Part shown: in pieces, positions 55,230-64,000 of the stretch
How positions within the stretch are numbered: the first letter of the stretch is position 1
Layout: every line of letters begins with the position of its first letter
Assembly: GCA_965202905.1 (NCBI GenBank)
Contig: OZ241868.1
Span: 516,879 to 580,878, forward strand
DNA length: 64,000 nucleotides
Reading direction: 5' to 3'
Source of the DNA: Alphaproteobacteria bacterium
GTDB taxonomy: Bacteria > Pseudomonadota > Alphaproteobacteria > MPNO01
Notes under the pieces: model-generated
Seen by the model: only the letters and a program-made list of their open reading frames with translations
What the model was told of the DNA's origin: nothing
Database searches by the model: none
Translations under genes and position numbers: made by a program

Positions 55230-57992
55230 ATGGCGGGGCGCGTCCGCAAGATCGCCGAGAGGCGCAAGGTCCCGGTTTACTGCTATCAATGCGTGGCTGG
55301 GCCCGACCTGATGAAGGTCGAGGTCGAGGACGGCGTCGCCGCGCGGATCGAATCCAACTACGACATCGCGGACCACCATCCGGGCGGCGGCCGGGTGTGC
55401 GTGAAGGCCTACGGGCTGATCCAGAAGACCTACAACCCCAACCGCGTCGCCCGGCCGATGAAGCGGACCAACCCGAAGAAGGGCCGGGACGAGGATCCGG
55501 GGTTCGTGCCGATCTCCTGGGACGAGGCGCTGGACATCGTGGCGGCGAAAATGCGCGAGATCCGCGCCAAAGGGCTGCGCGACGACGAGGGCTATCCCCG
55601 CCTTGCGGCGAGCTTCGGCGGCGGCGGGACGCCGACTCAGTACATGGGGACCTTCCCGGCACTGCTGTCGGCTTGGGGCGCGGTCGATCTCGGCTTCGGC
55701 GGCGGGCAGGGGGTGAAGTGCTATCACTCCGAGCATCTGTATGGCGAGCTGTGGCACCGCGCGTTCATCGTCTCGCCCGATACGCCGTATACCAACTACG
55801 TCATCAACTGCGGCAACAATGTCGAGGCCTCGGGCGGGGTGGCCGGAGTCTGGCGCCAGGCCGATGCGCGGGTGCGCGGCCTCAAGCGGGTTCAGGTCGA
55901 GCCGCATTTGTCGGTCACCGGCGCCGTGTCCGCCGAATGGGTGCCGATCAAGCCCAAGACCGATGCCGCCTTCCTGTTCGGTCTGATCCACCGGATCCTG
56001 ATCGAGCGCAATTGGCGGGAGGTATGCGATGTCCGGTCCATCGCGCACGACACGACCTCGCCCTATCTGATCGGGCCGAACGGCTACTACCTGCGCGATC
56101 CGGAGACCCGCAAGCCGCTGATCTTCGATCTCGCCTGCGGCGGCGCCAGGCCGTTCGATGCCGGGATCGCCGATCCCGCGCTCGACGGCGCCCACCGCGT
56201 TGCCGGAATCGAAATCGGCCCGGACGAGACGGTCTGGCGGCACGATGCGGGTACGGATGCGGCGCCGGCCTTCCGGAAACTGCTCGATCATGTCCGGCCA
56301 TTCACGCCCGAATGGGCCGAGGCGCAGTGCGACGTGCCGGCCGAGCGCATACGCACCATCGCCGACGAATACCTGGCGCATGCCATGATCGGCGAGACCG
56401 TCGAGATCGAGGGCCGGACGCTTCCCTTCCGCCCGGTCGCAGTGATGCTGGGCAAGGGGGTCAATAACGGCTGGGGCGGCTACCAGACCTGTTGGGCGCG
56501 CACGCTGCTGGCCGTCCTGGTCGGCGCGCTGGAAGTCCCGGGCGGCACGCTGGGCACCGCGGTGAAGCTCAACCGGCCCGCCGACAGCCGGCAAAAGACC
56601 GTGCGGTCGGTCGCCGACGGCATCATGGATTATCCCTTCAACCCGACCAGCCGCGAGGAGTGGAACGCCAGGCCGCATATCCGCAACGCCTACAAGACCC
56701 TGGTGCCGCTGGCCGCCGACTCGGCCTGGTCGCCGGCGCTCGGCCCTGCCCATCTGCCCTGGCTGTTCCAGAAAAAGCCGCCCGATCGCTGGCCCACCCA
56801 GACGAAGCCGGAGATGTGGATCAACTACCGCACGAATCCAGCGATCTCCTCGTGGAACGCACCGGAAGTGGCCGAGCGCATCGCCGAGTTTCCGTTTACG
56901 GTCTCTTTCGCCTATACGCGCGATGAGACCAACCATATGGCCGATGTGCTGCTGCCCGAGGCGACCGACCTCGAAAGCCTGCAGCTCATCCAGATCGGCT
57001 CGACCAAGTTCACCGAGCAGTTCTGGAAGCATCAGGGCTGGGCGGTGCGCCAGCCGGTGGCCGATCCGGTGGTCGATACGATGGACATCTCCGACATCGC
57101 CACCGCGCTGGCCGGGCGGGTGGGCCTTCTGGAGGACTACAACGCCGCCATCAACCGGGGCGCGGCGGGCTGCCGGCTGACCGACGATGCCGCCGGCTAC
57201 GACTACGGGCTCGATCCGGCGACCGCCCATGAATCGGAAGAGATCTGGAATGCCGTCGCCAAGGCGGCGAGCCACACGCTGTCCGACGGCGAGGAGGTTC
57301 ACGACATCGCCTGGTTCAAGGAGAACGGCTTCATGCTGCGGCCGTTCCCGCAGCTCGACTGGTATCTCTACCCGACGCTGAAAGATCGGGGCCTGCGCTT
57401 CGAGATGCCCTATCAGGAGCGCCTGATGCGCCGGGGCGCCGAGCTTGCCGAGCGGCTGCACGAGACCGGCGTGAACTGGTGGGACCGCCAGCTCGAGGAA
57501 TACGAGCCGCTGCCGGGCTACAAGCCCTTCCCCGACATCTGGATCAACTACGCCGCGGAGATGGGCCACGATCCGGACGAGTTCCCGCTCTGGGCGCTCA
57601 CCGCGCGCTCGATGCAGTATGCCTGGGGCGCCAATGTCGGCATCCCGCTGATCAACGAGGTAGCCGGGAACATCGCCGGCCACAAGGGTGTGATCGTCAA
57701 CCGCAAGACCGGCCGCGAGATGGGGCTTTCGGACGGCGATCCGATCGTCGTCGAATCGGTGAGCGGGATCACCCGCGGCCGGGCCGTGCTGCGGGAGGGC
57801 ATCCGGCCCGACACGATCCTGATGATCGGCCAATTCGACCACTGGGCGACGCCGTTCGCCAAGGACCTCGGTCTGGCCAGCCTGAACTCGGTGACCTCAC
57901 TGTCGCTCAGCTTGACCGACGCGACGGGAAGCGGCGCCGACCTCGCCCGGGTGCGCATCCGGCGCGATGACGGCAAAGGCCCCCGGCCGTGA
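55230..57992 (+). CDS. molybdopterin (Mo-bisPGD) oxidoreductase catalytic subunit, 920 aa, no Tat signal
   Basis: N-terminal Cys cluster CYQCVAGPD...C; MopB-type domains; C-terminal barrel region. Confidence 0.78.
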   Translation: MAGRVRKIAERRKVPVYCYQCVAGPDLMKVEVEDGVAARIESNYDIADHHPGGGRVCVKAYGLIQKTYNPNRVARPMKRTNPKKGRDEDPGFVPISWDEALDIVAAKMREIRAKGLRDDEGYPRLAASFGGGGTPTQYMGTFPALLSAWGAVDLGFGGGQGVKCYHSEHLYGELWHRAFIVSPDTPYTNYVINCGNNVEASGGVAGVWRQADARVRGLKRVQVEPHLSVTGAVSAEWVPIKPKTDAAFLFGLIHRILIERNWREVCDVRSIAHDTTSPYLIGPNGYYLRDPETRKPLIFDLACGGARPFDAGIADPALDGAHRVAGIEIGPDETVWRHDAGTDAAPAFRKLLDHVRPFTPEWAEAQCDVPAERIRTIADEYLAHAMIGETVEIEGRTLPFRPVAVMLGKGVNNGWGGYQTCWARTLLAVLVGALEVPGGTLGTAVKLNRPADSRQKTVRSVADGIMDYPFNPTSREEWNARPHIRNAYKTLVPLAADSAWSPALGPAHLPWLFQKKPPDRWPTQTKPEMWINYRTNPAISSWNAPEVAERIAEFPFTVSFAYTRDETNHMADVLLPEATDLESLQLIQIGSTKFTEQFWKHQGWAVRQPVADPVVDTMDISDIATALAGRVGLLEDYNAAINRGAAGCRLTDDAAGYDYGLDPATAHESEEIWNAVAKAASHTLSDGEEVHDIAWFKENGFMLRPFPQLDWYLYPTLKDRGLRFEMPYQERLMRRGAELAERLHETGVNWWDRQLEEYEPLPGYKPFPDIWINYAAEMGHDPDEFPLWALTARSMQYAWGANVGIPLINEVAGNIAGHKGVIVNRKTGREMGLSDGDPIVVESVSGITRGRAVLREGIRPDTILMIGQFDHWATPFAKDLGLASLNSVTSLSLSLTDATGSGADLARVRIRRDDGKGPRP

Positions 57993-59626
57993 GCGCCCCG
58001 CGCTGGGGCATGGTCGTCGACCTCAACCGCTGCGTCGGCTGCCAGACCTGCACCATTGCCTGCAAGCACGCCAACGACACACCGCCCGGGGTGCAATGGC
58101 GTCAGGTTCTGGACGTCGAACGCGGCACCTATCCGGATGTGGAGCGCCTGTTCCTGGTGACCGGCTGCCAGCACTGCGCCGAGCCGCCCTGCGTGCCGGT
58201 CTGCCCGACCGGCGCGACCCGCCAGCGCGCCGACGGGCTGGTCACGATGGACTACGAAACCTGCATCGGCTGCGGCTACTGCGCGGTCGCCTGCCCGTAC
58301 CAGGCGCGCACGATCGTCCACGATCGGGAGTGGTATTACGGCGGCGCGCCGACCGCCCAGGAGAGCCACGCCGCGCACGAAGAGCGGATCGGCGTGGCCA
58401 ACAAATGCACGTTCTGCGTCGAGCGGATCGACGAAGCGGCCGATCTTGGCCTCACGCCGGGGATCGATCTCGAATACACGCCCGCCTGCTCGTCGGCCTG
58501 CATCGCCCAGGCGATCCATTTCGGCGATTTCGCCGATCCGTCCAGCAACGTCAGCCGGCTCACTGCCGGGAACGCCAGCTTTCAGATGCACGCCGAACTC
58601 GGTACCGATCCGCAGATCCGCTACCTCTACGAGGTGCCGGAGACCATGCCGGGCCGTTCGGCAGATGCCGGCGACCTCGACGACGCCGCAATGGGCGATC
58701 CGAGGAACCCGCTGGTCGGCCCCCGCCAGACCTTCTGGGATGCCCGCGCGGCGATGAACTTCATCATGGGGGGCATGGCCTCGGGCCTGATGGTCGCGGC
58801 CTGTACCGCTTGGCTTGCCGGAATCGTCGCCGATGTGCCGATGCTTCTGGCCGTCTACGTCGCGGCCGGCGTGTTCATGGCGATCGGCCTGTTCTTCGTC
58901 CTTCTCGAGATCGGGCGGAAGGCGCGCTTCCTCCGTGTCCTGCTACGGCCGCAAAGCTCGTGGATGACGCGGGAGACCTATGCGGTGGCGACGATCTACC
59001 CGGCGCTGCTGCTCGACCTCTTCCTGCCGCACCCGGCACTTCACGCCCTGATCGCCCTCAGCGCGGCGGTCTTCCTGTATTGCCAAGCTAAGATCCTTTA
59101 CGCCGGCAAGGGCATTCCGGCGTGGCGGGCGCCGCTGATCCCGGCAATGCTGGTCGCGACGGGGTTGTTCGAGGGGGTGGGCCTGCTGGCGGCGTTCCTG
59201 GCGGTCATCGGGACGGGCGGATTGCCGGCCGGGTCGGTCGTGCCGGTCGGCATCGCCATCGTCGTCCTTGCCGGGCTCAACGCGGCGCTGTGGCGGCGCT
59301 ATCGCTCGACCGCGGCGTCGGTCGGAATCGGACCGCTCGCTCGCGCCGATCTGGCGGCGGCGAGCCCGTTCGTGATCGGGGTCGGGCACGTTGCACCGAT
59401 CCTCCTTTGCCTTGTGGCGCTCGTCCTGGCCGGGCCGGCGACGGCGTTCTGGCTCGCCGCGGCGGCCGGGGTGACGGCCTTTGCCGGCGGGGCGGTATGG
59501 AAGTTCACTCTCATCACCCGGGCCTGCCATCAGCAGGGGTTCGCCATTCCGGCGATGCCCCGGCGCGGGTCCGGCGCCCGCGCCGCGCCGGCGCGCCTGT
59601 CGCCGACCGCCGCCAAGCTTGTTTAG
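57989..59626 (+). CDS. fusion of a 4x[4Fe-4S] ferredoxin subunit (DmsB-like) and an 8-TM DmsC/NrfD-like membrane anchor
   Basis: four CxxCxxCxxxCP-type clusters in the first ~240 aa, then ~8 hydrophobic helices; ATGA overlap with the catalytic subunit. Confidence 0.78.
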   Translation: MSAPRWGMVVDLNRCVGCQTCTIACKHANDTPPGVQWRQVLDVERGTYPDVERLFLVTGCQHCAEPPCVPVCPTGATRQRADGLVTMDYETCIGCGYCAVACPYQARTIVHDREWYYGGAPTAQESHAAHEERIGVANKCTFCVERIDEAADLGLTPGIDLEYTPACSSACIAQAIHFGDFADPSSNVSRLTAGNASFQMHAELGTDPQIRYLYEVPETMPGRSADAGDLDDAAMGDPRNPLVGPRQTFWDARAAMNFIMGGMASGLMVAACTAWLAGIVADVPMLLAVYVAAGVFMAIGLFFVLLEIGRKARFLRVLLRPQSSWMTRETYAVATIYPALLLDLFLPHPALHALIALSAAVFLYCQAKILYAGKGIPAWRAPLIPAMLVATGLFEGVGLLAAFLAVIGTGGLPAGSVVPVGIAIVVLAGLNAALWRRYRSTAASVGIGPLARADLAAASPFVIGVGHVAPILLCLVALVLAGPATAFWLAAAAGVTAFAGGAVWKFTLITRACHQQGFAIPAMPRRGSGARAAPARLSPTAAKLV

Positions 59627-59733
59627 ACCGCGGCCCTTCGGGCGACTCATCCCCGGCAGCTTGTTGCGGGTGGCTTGTTCCGGTGTCGCGGATCTCTATG
59701 GTCGCGCGCGGAAACTGGCGGCGGGAGGCGACG

Positions 59734-62067
59734 ATGGGCGAGTTCGGGGTTGGGCAATCGGTCCCCAGGCTTGAGGACGAGGCGCTGCTGACCGGGCGGG
59801 GCTTGTTCAGCGACGACGATGGCGGCGCCGGCGTGTTGCGCGGCCATGTGCTCCGCGCGCCGCACGCCCACGCCAGGATCCTGTCGATCGACATTGCGGA
59901 CGCCGCGCGGTTTCCCGGCGTCTCGGCTGTCCTGGTCGGCGCCGACTATCGCGCCGACGGGCTGGGGCCGATCCCCCATATCGGGCCGCCGGTTCGGCGT
60001 CGCGGCGGCGGCGAGATCGACGCGCCGCCCTATTTTCCGCTCGCCGCAGAGCGTGTGCGCCATGTCGGCGAGGGCGTCGCCTTCGTGCTCGCCGACACGC
60101 TGGAGCAGGCGAAGGATGCCGCCGAGCGCGTCGAGGTCGACTACGAGCCGCTGCCGGCGGTCAGCGCGACCGCGGAGGCCCTGGACCCCGGTCGCCCGCT
60201 GGTCTGGCCGGGCAGTCCCGGCAACGAGGTCTTCCTCCACGAGATCGGCGACCGGGCGGCGACCGACGCGGCCTTCGCCAAGGCCGATCGCGCGGTCCGC
60301 CGCAGGCTGGACATCTCGCGGGTGCTGGCCAACGCGATGGAGCCCCGCGGATGCCTGGCGCGCTACGACCCGCGGCGCGGTACCTGCTGGCTGCGGGCGC
60401 CGGTCCAACACCCCTTCGTCGTGCGCGGCGTCCTGGCCCGCCGGATTCTCGGCATCGACGAGCGGCAGGTCCATGTCGAGGTCGACGATGTCGGCGGCAG
60501 CTTCGGGATCAAGGCCAACATCTATCCCGAATACCTGCTGGCGATCTGGGCGGCGCGGCGTCTCGGCCGGGCGGTCAAGTGGACCGGCGAGCGCAGCGAG
60601 GGATTCCTTGCCGACTTCCACGGCCGGGACAATTTGACCGAAGCCGAGCTCGCGCTCGATTCGGCAGGCCGGTTCCTCGGCCTTCGCGTGCGCACGATCG
60701 TCAATATCGGCGCATACCTGTCGCCGCTCGGGGCGGGGCCGGCAGTCAACAATCTCGGGACCCTGGCCGGGGTCTACCGGACGCCCGCGGCGCATGTCGA
60801 GGTGCGCGGCGCCTTGAGCCACACCCAGCCGACGGCACCCTATCGCGGCGCCGGCCGTCCGGAGGCGGCCTATGTCATCGAGCGGCTGATCGATGCGGCG
60901 GCGGCCGAGTTGCAGGTCGATCGGATCGAGCTGCGGCGGCGCAACACGATCGCGCCCGACGAGCTGCCCTTCGCGACGCCCCTGGGCTTCACATACGATT
61001 CCGGCGATTTCGAGGCCAACATGGACCGGGCCCTGGCGGTCGCCGACGCCGAGGGGTTCCAGGCGCGCCGCGAAGGGGCGGCGGAGCGTGGCAAGCTGCG
61101 CGGGCTGGGCCTTGCCAACGCGATCGAACGGGCCGCGCCGCCGGGGCTGGAATATGCCGAGATCCGCTTCGATCCCTCGGGCGCGGCGACCGTGCTCTGC
61201 GGCGCGACATCCCAGGGCCAGGGCCATATGACGACCTTCGCCCAGGTCATCGCAGACCGGCTGGGGCTTCCGGCGGACTCGCTGCGCTTCATCCAGGGCG
61301 ATACCGAGCGGCTCGCCTTCGGGTTCGGCTCCGGCGGCTCGCGGATATCGGCGCTGGGCACGGCGGCGGTGTTGCTCGCCGCCGACAGGATCGTCGCCAA
61401 GGCGCGGATCATCGCCGCCCACGCGCTCGAGGCCGCCGAAGCAGATCTGGAGTTCGCCGATAGCCGGTTCGTGATCGCCGGCACCGACCGGTCGATCACC
61501 TTGACCGATGTCGCAAAGCGGGCCTTCCAGCCGGCCATGCTTCCGCCCGGCGTCGACCCCGGGCTCTACGAAAGCGGCACCTATCGGGCGAGCGTTGCGT
61601 CCTATCCCAATGGCTGCCATGTCTGCGAGGTCGAGATCGACCGGGAGACCGGCGCCGTGGAGATCGTCCGCTACGTTGTGGTCGATGATTTCGGCATCCT
61701 GATCAATCCACTCCTGGTCAAGGGCCAGGTGCATGGCGGGGTCGCCCAAGGCGCCGGTCAGGCGCTCATGGAGGCGATGGTCTTCGACAGCGTCAGCGGC
61801 CAGGTCCTTGCCGGCTCGTTCATGGACTACGCCATGCCGCGCGGTTCCGACCTGTGCGCGATCGAAGTCGAGAGCAATCCGGCGCCCACGGCGACCAACC
61901 CGCTGGGCGTCAAGGGCGCGGGCGAGGCCGGGAATGTCGGGGCGCTGCCTGTGGTCATCAGCGCGGTCGAGGACGCGCTGTCGCCGTTGGGGATCGGCGA
62001 CTTCGCCATGCCGGCGACGCCGGAACGGGTCTGGCGTGCCATCCGGGGCGCCGGCGCTACGTCGTGA
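59734..62067 (+). CDS. xanthine dehydrogenase/CO dehydrogenase-family molybdopterin-binding large subunit (CoxL-like)
   Basis: 777 aa from MGEFGVGQSVPRLEDEALLTGRG (GGGAGG RBS); no CoxM/CoxS genes adjacent; listed ORF trimmed. Confidence 0.8.
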   Translation: MGEFGVGQSVPRLEDEALLTGRGLFSDDDGGAGVLRGHVLRAPHAHARILSIDIADAARFPGVSAVLVGADYRADGLGPIPHIGPPVRRRGGGEIDAPPYFPLAAERVRHVGEGVAFVLADTLEQAKDAAERVEVDYEPLPAVSATAEALDPGRPLVWPGSPGNEVFLHEIGDRAATDAAFAKADRAVRRRLDISRVLANAMEPRGCLARYDPRRGTCWLRAPVQHPFVVRGVLARRILGIDERQVHVEVDDVGGSFGIKANIYPEYLLAIWAARRLGRAVKWTGERSEGFLADFHGRDNLTEAELALDSAGRFLGLRVRTIVNIGAYLSPLGAGPAVNNLGTLAGVYRTPAAHVEVRGALSHTQPTAPYRGAGRPEAAYVIERLIDAAAAELQVDRIELRRRNTIAPDELPFATPLGFTYDSGDFEANMDRALAVADAEGFQARREGAAERGKLRGLGLANAIERAAPPGLEYAEIRFDPSGAATVLCGATSQGQGHMTTFAQVIADRLGLPADSLRFIQGDTERLAFGFGSGGSRISALGTAAVLLAADRIVAKARIIAAHALEAAEADLEFADSRFVIAGTDRSITLTDVAKRAFQPAMLPPGVDPGLYESGTYRASVASYPNGCHVCEVEIDRETGAVEIVRYVVVDDFGILINPLLVKGQVHGGVAQGAGQALMEAMVFDSVSGQVLAGSFMDYAMPRGSDLCAIEVESNPAPTATNPLGVKGAGEAGNVGALPVVISAVEDALSPLGIGDFAMPATPERVWRAIRGAGATS

Positions 62068-62120
62068 TGTAAGGTTGTCCTACCGGATCATGTGGCCGGC
62101 GCCGTCGGTGCGGGGAAAGC

Positions 62121-62194
62121 TGGAGCGGGCAGCGGGAATCGAACCCGCACGAGCAGCTTGGGAAGCTGCCAGGCTACCGTTACATCATGCCCGC
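62121..62194 (-). tRNA. tRNA-Gly (anticodon CCC)
   Basis: minus-strand GCGGGCA...GCAGC-TTCCCAA-GCTGC...GCGGG-TTCGATT-CCCGC-TGCCCGC-T-CCA; D-arm pairing irregular. Confidence 0.7.
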
Positions 62195-62365
62195 GCCGGG
62201 CCGCCATTCTATCGCCCGGGATGGGCATAACAAGCGCCAAGTTTCGCTGGACCCGCCGCGCGGGCGATGTCATTACTGAAGCTGAAGCCGATGAGCGGGC
62301 CCGGTGGAACGGGGTGGAACGCTGCCGATTGGCGGCCGGCCGGTCGGGGGAGGGCGACGCCGGCC

Positions 62366-62761
62366 ATGAAAGCAGCACTGCTCGGACGCTTGGCCAGCGG
62401 TATCGGACAGGGTCGCCACTTCACCCGGCTCGACTGGGCGCGCACCCAGTTCATCGACAAGCTCGGCATCGATCCCTATCCGGGCACCGTCAACATCATC
62501 GTCGACGACCCTGACGCGACGCCGGTCTGGGTGCGGCTCAAGCGCACCGCCGGCGTCCGCATCGAGAACCCCAATGACGGCCCGCACGACTGCGATGCCC
62601 GGTGCTATCGCGTCTCGATCCAGGGCCGGATCGATGCGGCGATCGTGCTGCCCGAGATCGAGGGCTACCCGCCGGCCCAGGTCGAGATGGTCGCTGCGGC
62701 GAACGTCCGCGATGCGCTCGCGATCGAAGACGGCGACCCGGTACGGATCGAGATCCGATGA
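62366..62761 (+). CDS. DUF120 / CTP-dependent riboflavin kinase-like domain protein
   Basis: 131 aa; GRLASGIGQGRHFTRLDWA...GIDPYPGTVNI... resembles archaeal-type RibK. Confidence 0.55.
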   Translation: MKAALLGRLASGIGQGRHFTRLDWARTQFIDKLGIDPYPGTVNIIVDDPDATPVWVRLKRTAGVRIENPNDGPHDCDARCYRVSIQGRIDAAIVLPEIEGYPPAQVEMVAAANVRDALAIEDGDPVRIEIR

Positions 62762-62828
62762 GAGCGGGACGGGGTTCGGCGACACGCCGGGCGCGGGTGG
62801 AGTTTCCAGGCAAGGAGCAAGGCACGCC

Positions 62829-63683
62829 ATGAAGCTTGCCCGCTACAACGCCGACAAGCTCGGCCTGGTGAGGAACGATCAGCTCATCGACGTTACCGAG
62901 GCGATTGGGGCGGCCGGGACGGCAAGCTGGCCCGTGCCGCCGGGCGACCGGCTCGTCGCGTCCCTTGATGCGGTGCGCGCAAGCGTCGAGGAGTGGCGCA
63001 AGAAGGGCTTCGTCCAGCTCCATGAGAGCGTCAGCCTCAAGAGCCCGGTGGCCAACCCGACCAAGGTGATCGGCGCGCCGGCCAACTACCGCGCACATAT
63101 CGAGGAGGCGAACGTCGATTCCGGCATCACCTTCGGGACCACGACGACGACGATCGAAGATTACGGGCTGTTCCTGAAAAACCCCGTCCCGGTGGGTCCG
63201 GGCGAGGGGATCGTTTTGCCGTTTCCGGACCGCCGCACCGACCACGAGGTCGAGCTCGCGATCGTCATCGGCCGGACCGTAAAGGATGTCGCCGAGGCCG
63301 ATGCGCTCGGCTGCGTTGCCGGTTACGCCATCGGCCTCGACATGACCGTGCGCGGCCGGGAGGAGCGCAGCCTCAGGAAGGCCGTCGACGGCTTCTCCGT
63401 GATCGGCCCGTGGTTGGTCACCGCCGACGAGATCCCCGCCCCCGATGCGCTGGCGCTCAGGCTCAGCGTCAATGGCGGGCTGCGCCAGGAGTCCTCGACT
63501 GCGATGCAGATCTTCGATTGCCGGCGCCTGATCGCCTACGCCTCGCGGTTCTACACGCTCTATCCCGGCGATGTGATCATGACCGGCACGCCCGAGGGCG
63601 TCGGCCCGGTGGTCCCCGGCGACGTCATGACCTGTGAGATCGAGGGCATAGGCGCGATGGAGGTCGCGGTCCGCGCCGCCTGA
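62829..63683 (+). CDS. FAH-family hydrolase/hydratase (second copy)
   Basis: 284 aa from MKLARYNADKLGLV; AAGGAG RBS; GDVIMTGTPEGVG. Confidence 0.8.
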   Translation: MKLARYNADKLGLVRNDQLIDVTEAIGAAGTASWPVPPGDRLVASLDAVRASVEEWRKKGFVQLHESVSLKSPVANPTKVIGAPANYRAHIEEANVDSGITFGTTTTTIEDYGLFLKNPVPVGPGEGIVLPFPDRRTDHEVELAIVIGRTVKDVAEADALGCVAGYAIGLDMTVRGREERSLRKAVDGFSVIGPWLVTADEIPAPDALALRLSVNGGLRQESSTAMQIFDCRRLIAYASRFYTLYPGDVIMTGTPEGVGPVVPGDVMTCEIEGIGAMEVAVRAA

Positions 63684-63692
63684 TCTCTCTCC

Positions 63693-64000
63693 CTACTTCT
63701 CCAGATCGAAGATCCGCTTGGCGTTGAGGCCGAGGATGTTGCGCTTGGCCTCCTCGTCGAGGAACGGGAGGTCCCAGATCACCGCCGGCGGGTCGAAGTC
63801 CCAGTGCGGCCAGTCCGAGGCGTAGAGCAGTTGTGTGCCAGCGTTGACCATCTCGAAGGTCAGTTCCAGCGCCTTGGCGTGATCGGTCTCCAGCGGCTGG
63901 CTGGTGTAGTACATCTCGGCCATGTATTCCGACGGCCGGCGCTTCAGGAGCGGCGCCTCGGAAGTCCGCATCATGTAGGTGTGGTCGAGCCGCTGCATCA
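63693..64000 (-). CDS. amidohydrolase-2 family decarboxylase (ACMSD/LigW-like), C-terminal part; gene continues beyond window
   Basis: ...LLYASDWPHWDFDPP...EAKRNILGLNAKRIFDL. Confidence 0.7.
   Translation of the reverse strand, partial: MQRLDHTYMMRTSEAPLLKRRPSEYMAEMYYTSQPLETDHAKALELTFEMVNAGTQLLYASDWPHWDFDPPAVIWDLPFLDEEAKRNILGLNAKRIFDLEK

Overview
High-GC alphaproteobacterial chromosome segment in two parts. (1) Positions 1-18.7 kb hold a canonical, uninterrupted ribosomal-protein/translation super-operon: str (rpsL-rpsG-fusA-tuf), S10 (rpsJ..rpsQ), spc (rplN..rplO-secY-adk) and alpha (rpsM-rpsK-rpoA-rplQ). A sigma70-like promoter sits upstream of rpsL and another upstream of rpsM. This is followed by housekeeping genes: degP/htrA, rarA, crcB, an RluA-family pseudouridine synthase, a HAD hydrolase, an ATP12-family chaperone, acylphosphatase, lipB and tRNA-Leu(GAG). 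(2) From about 25.5 kb to the window end lies an accessory-looking block of aromatic-compound catabolism. It is bounded by tRNA-Leu and a minus-strand tRNA-Gly(CCC). It contains a gentisate-type cluster: a Rieske oxygenase alpha subunit, a Rieske ferredoxin, an FAD reductase, an FAH-family hydrolase, a Nu-class GST, gentisate 1,2-dioxygenase, and a displaced oxygenase beta subunit. It also contains a five-gene meta-cleavage lower pathway on the minus strand. Further genes are a phthalate-type Rieske oxygenase with a PhtD-like decarboxylase, two tandem class-II-aldolase-family genes, RidA, two different Mo-bisPGD oxidoreductases (one with an unusual FeS/DmsC-like fused partner), a CaiB-family CoA-transferase, SDRs, a solitary CoxL-like molybdo-flavoenzyme large subunit, a second FAH and an ACMSD-like amidohydrolase. 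No integrase, transposase, CRISPR array or transcriptional regulator is seen. The most unusual element is a visibly lower-GC 3.4 kb insertion (35.3-38.7 kb) inside the catabolic cluster. It carries a single 864-aa COG1205/MrfA-like SF2 helicase that lacks the usual C-terminal Cys4 zinc ribbon, preceded by a translationally coupled 68-aa basic ORF and flanked by degraded non-coding DNA. Several genes are decayed: mgtE (two frameshifts), a TRAP-type solute-binding protein (T7 homopolymer frameshift plus N-terminal truncation) and a nucleoside-hydrolase remnant. No database searches were run, so all family calls rest on motifs recognised by eye.
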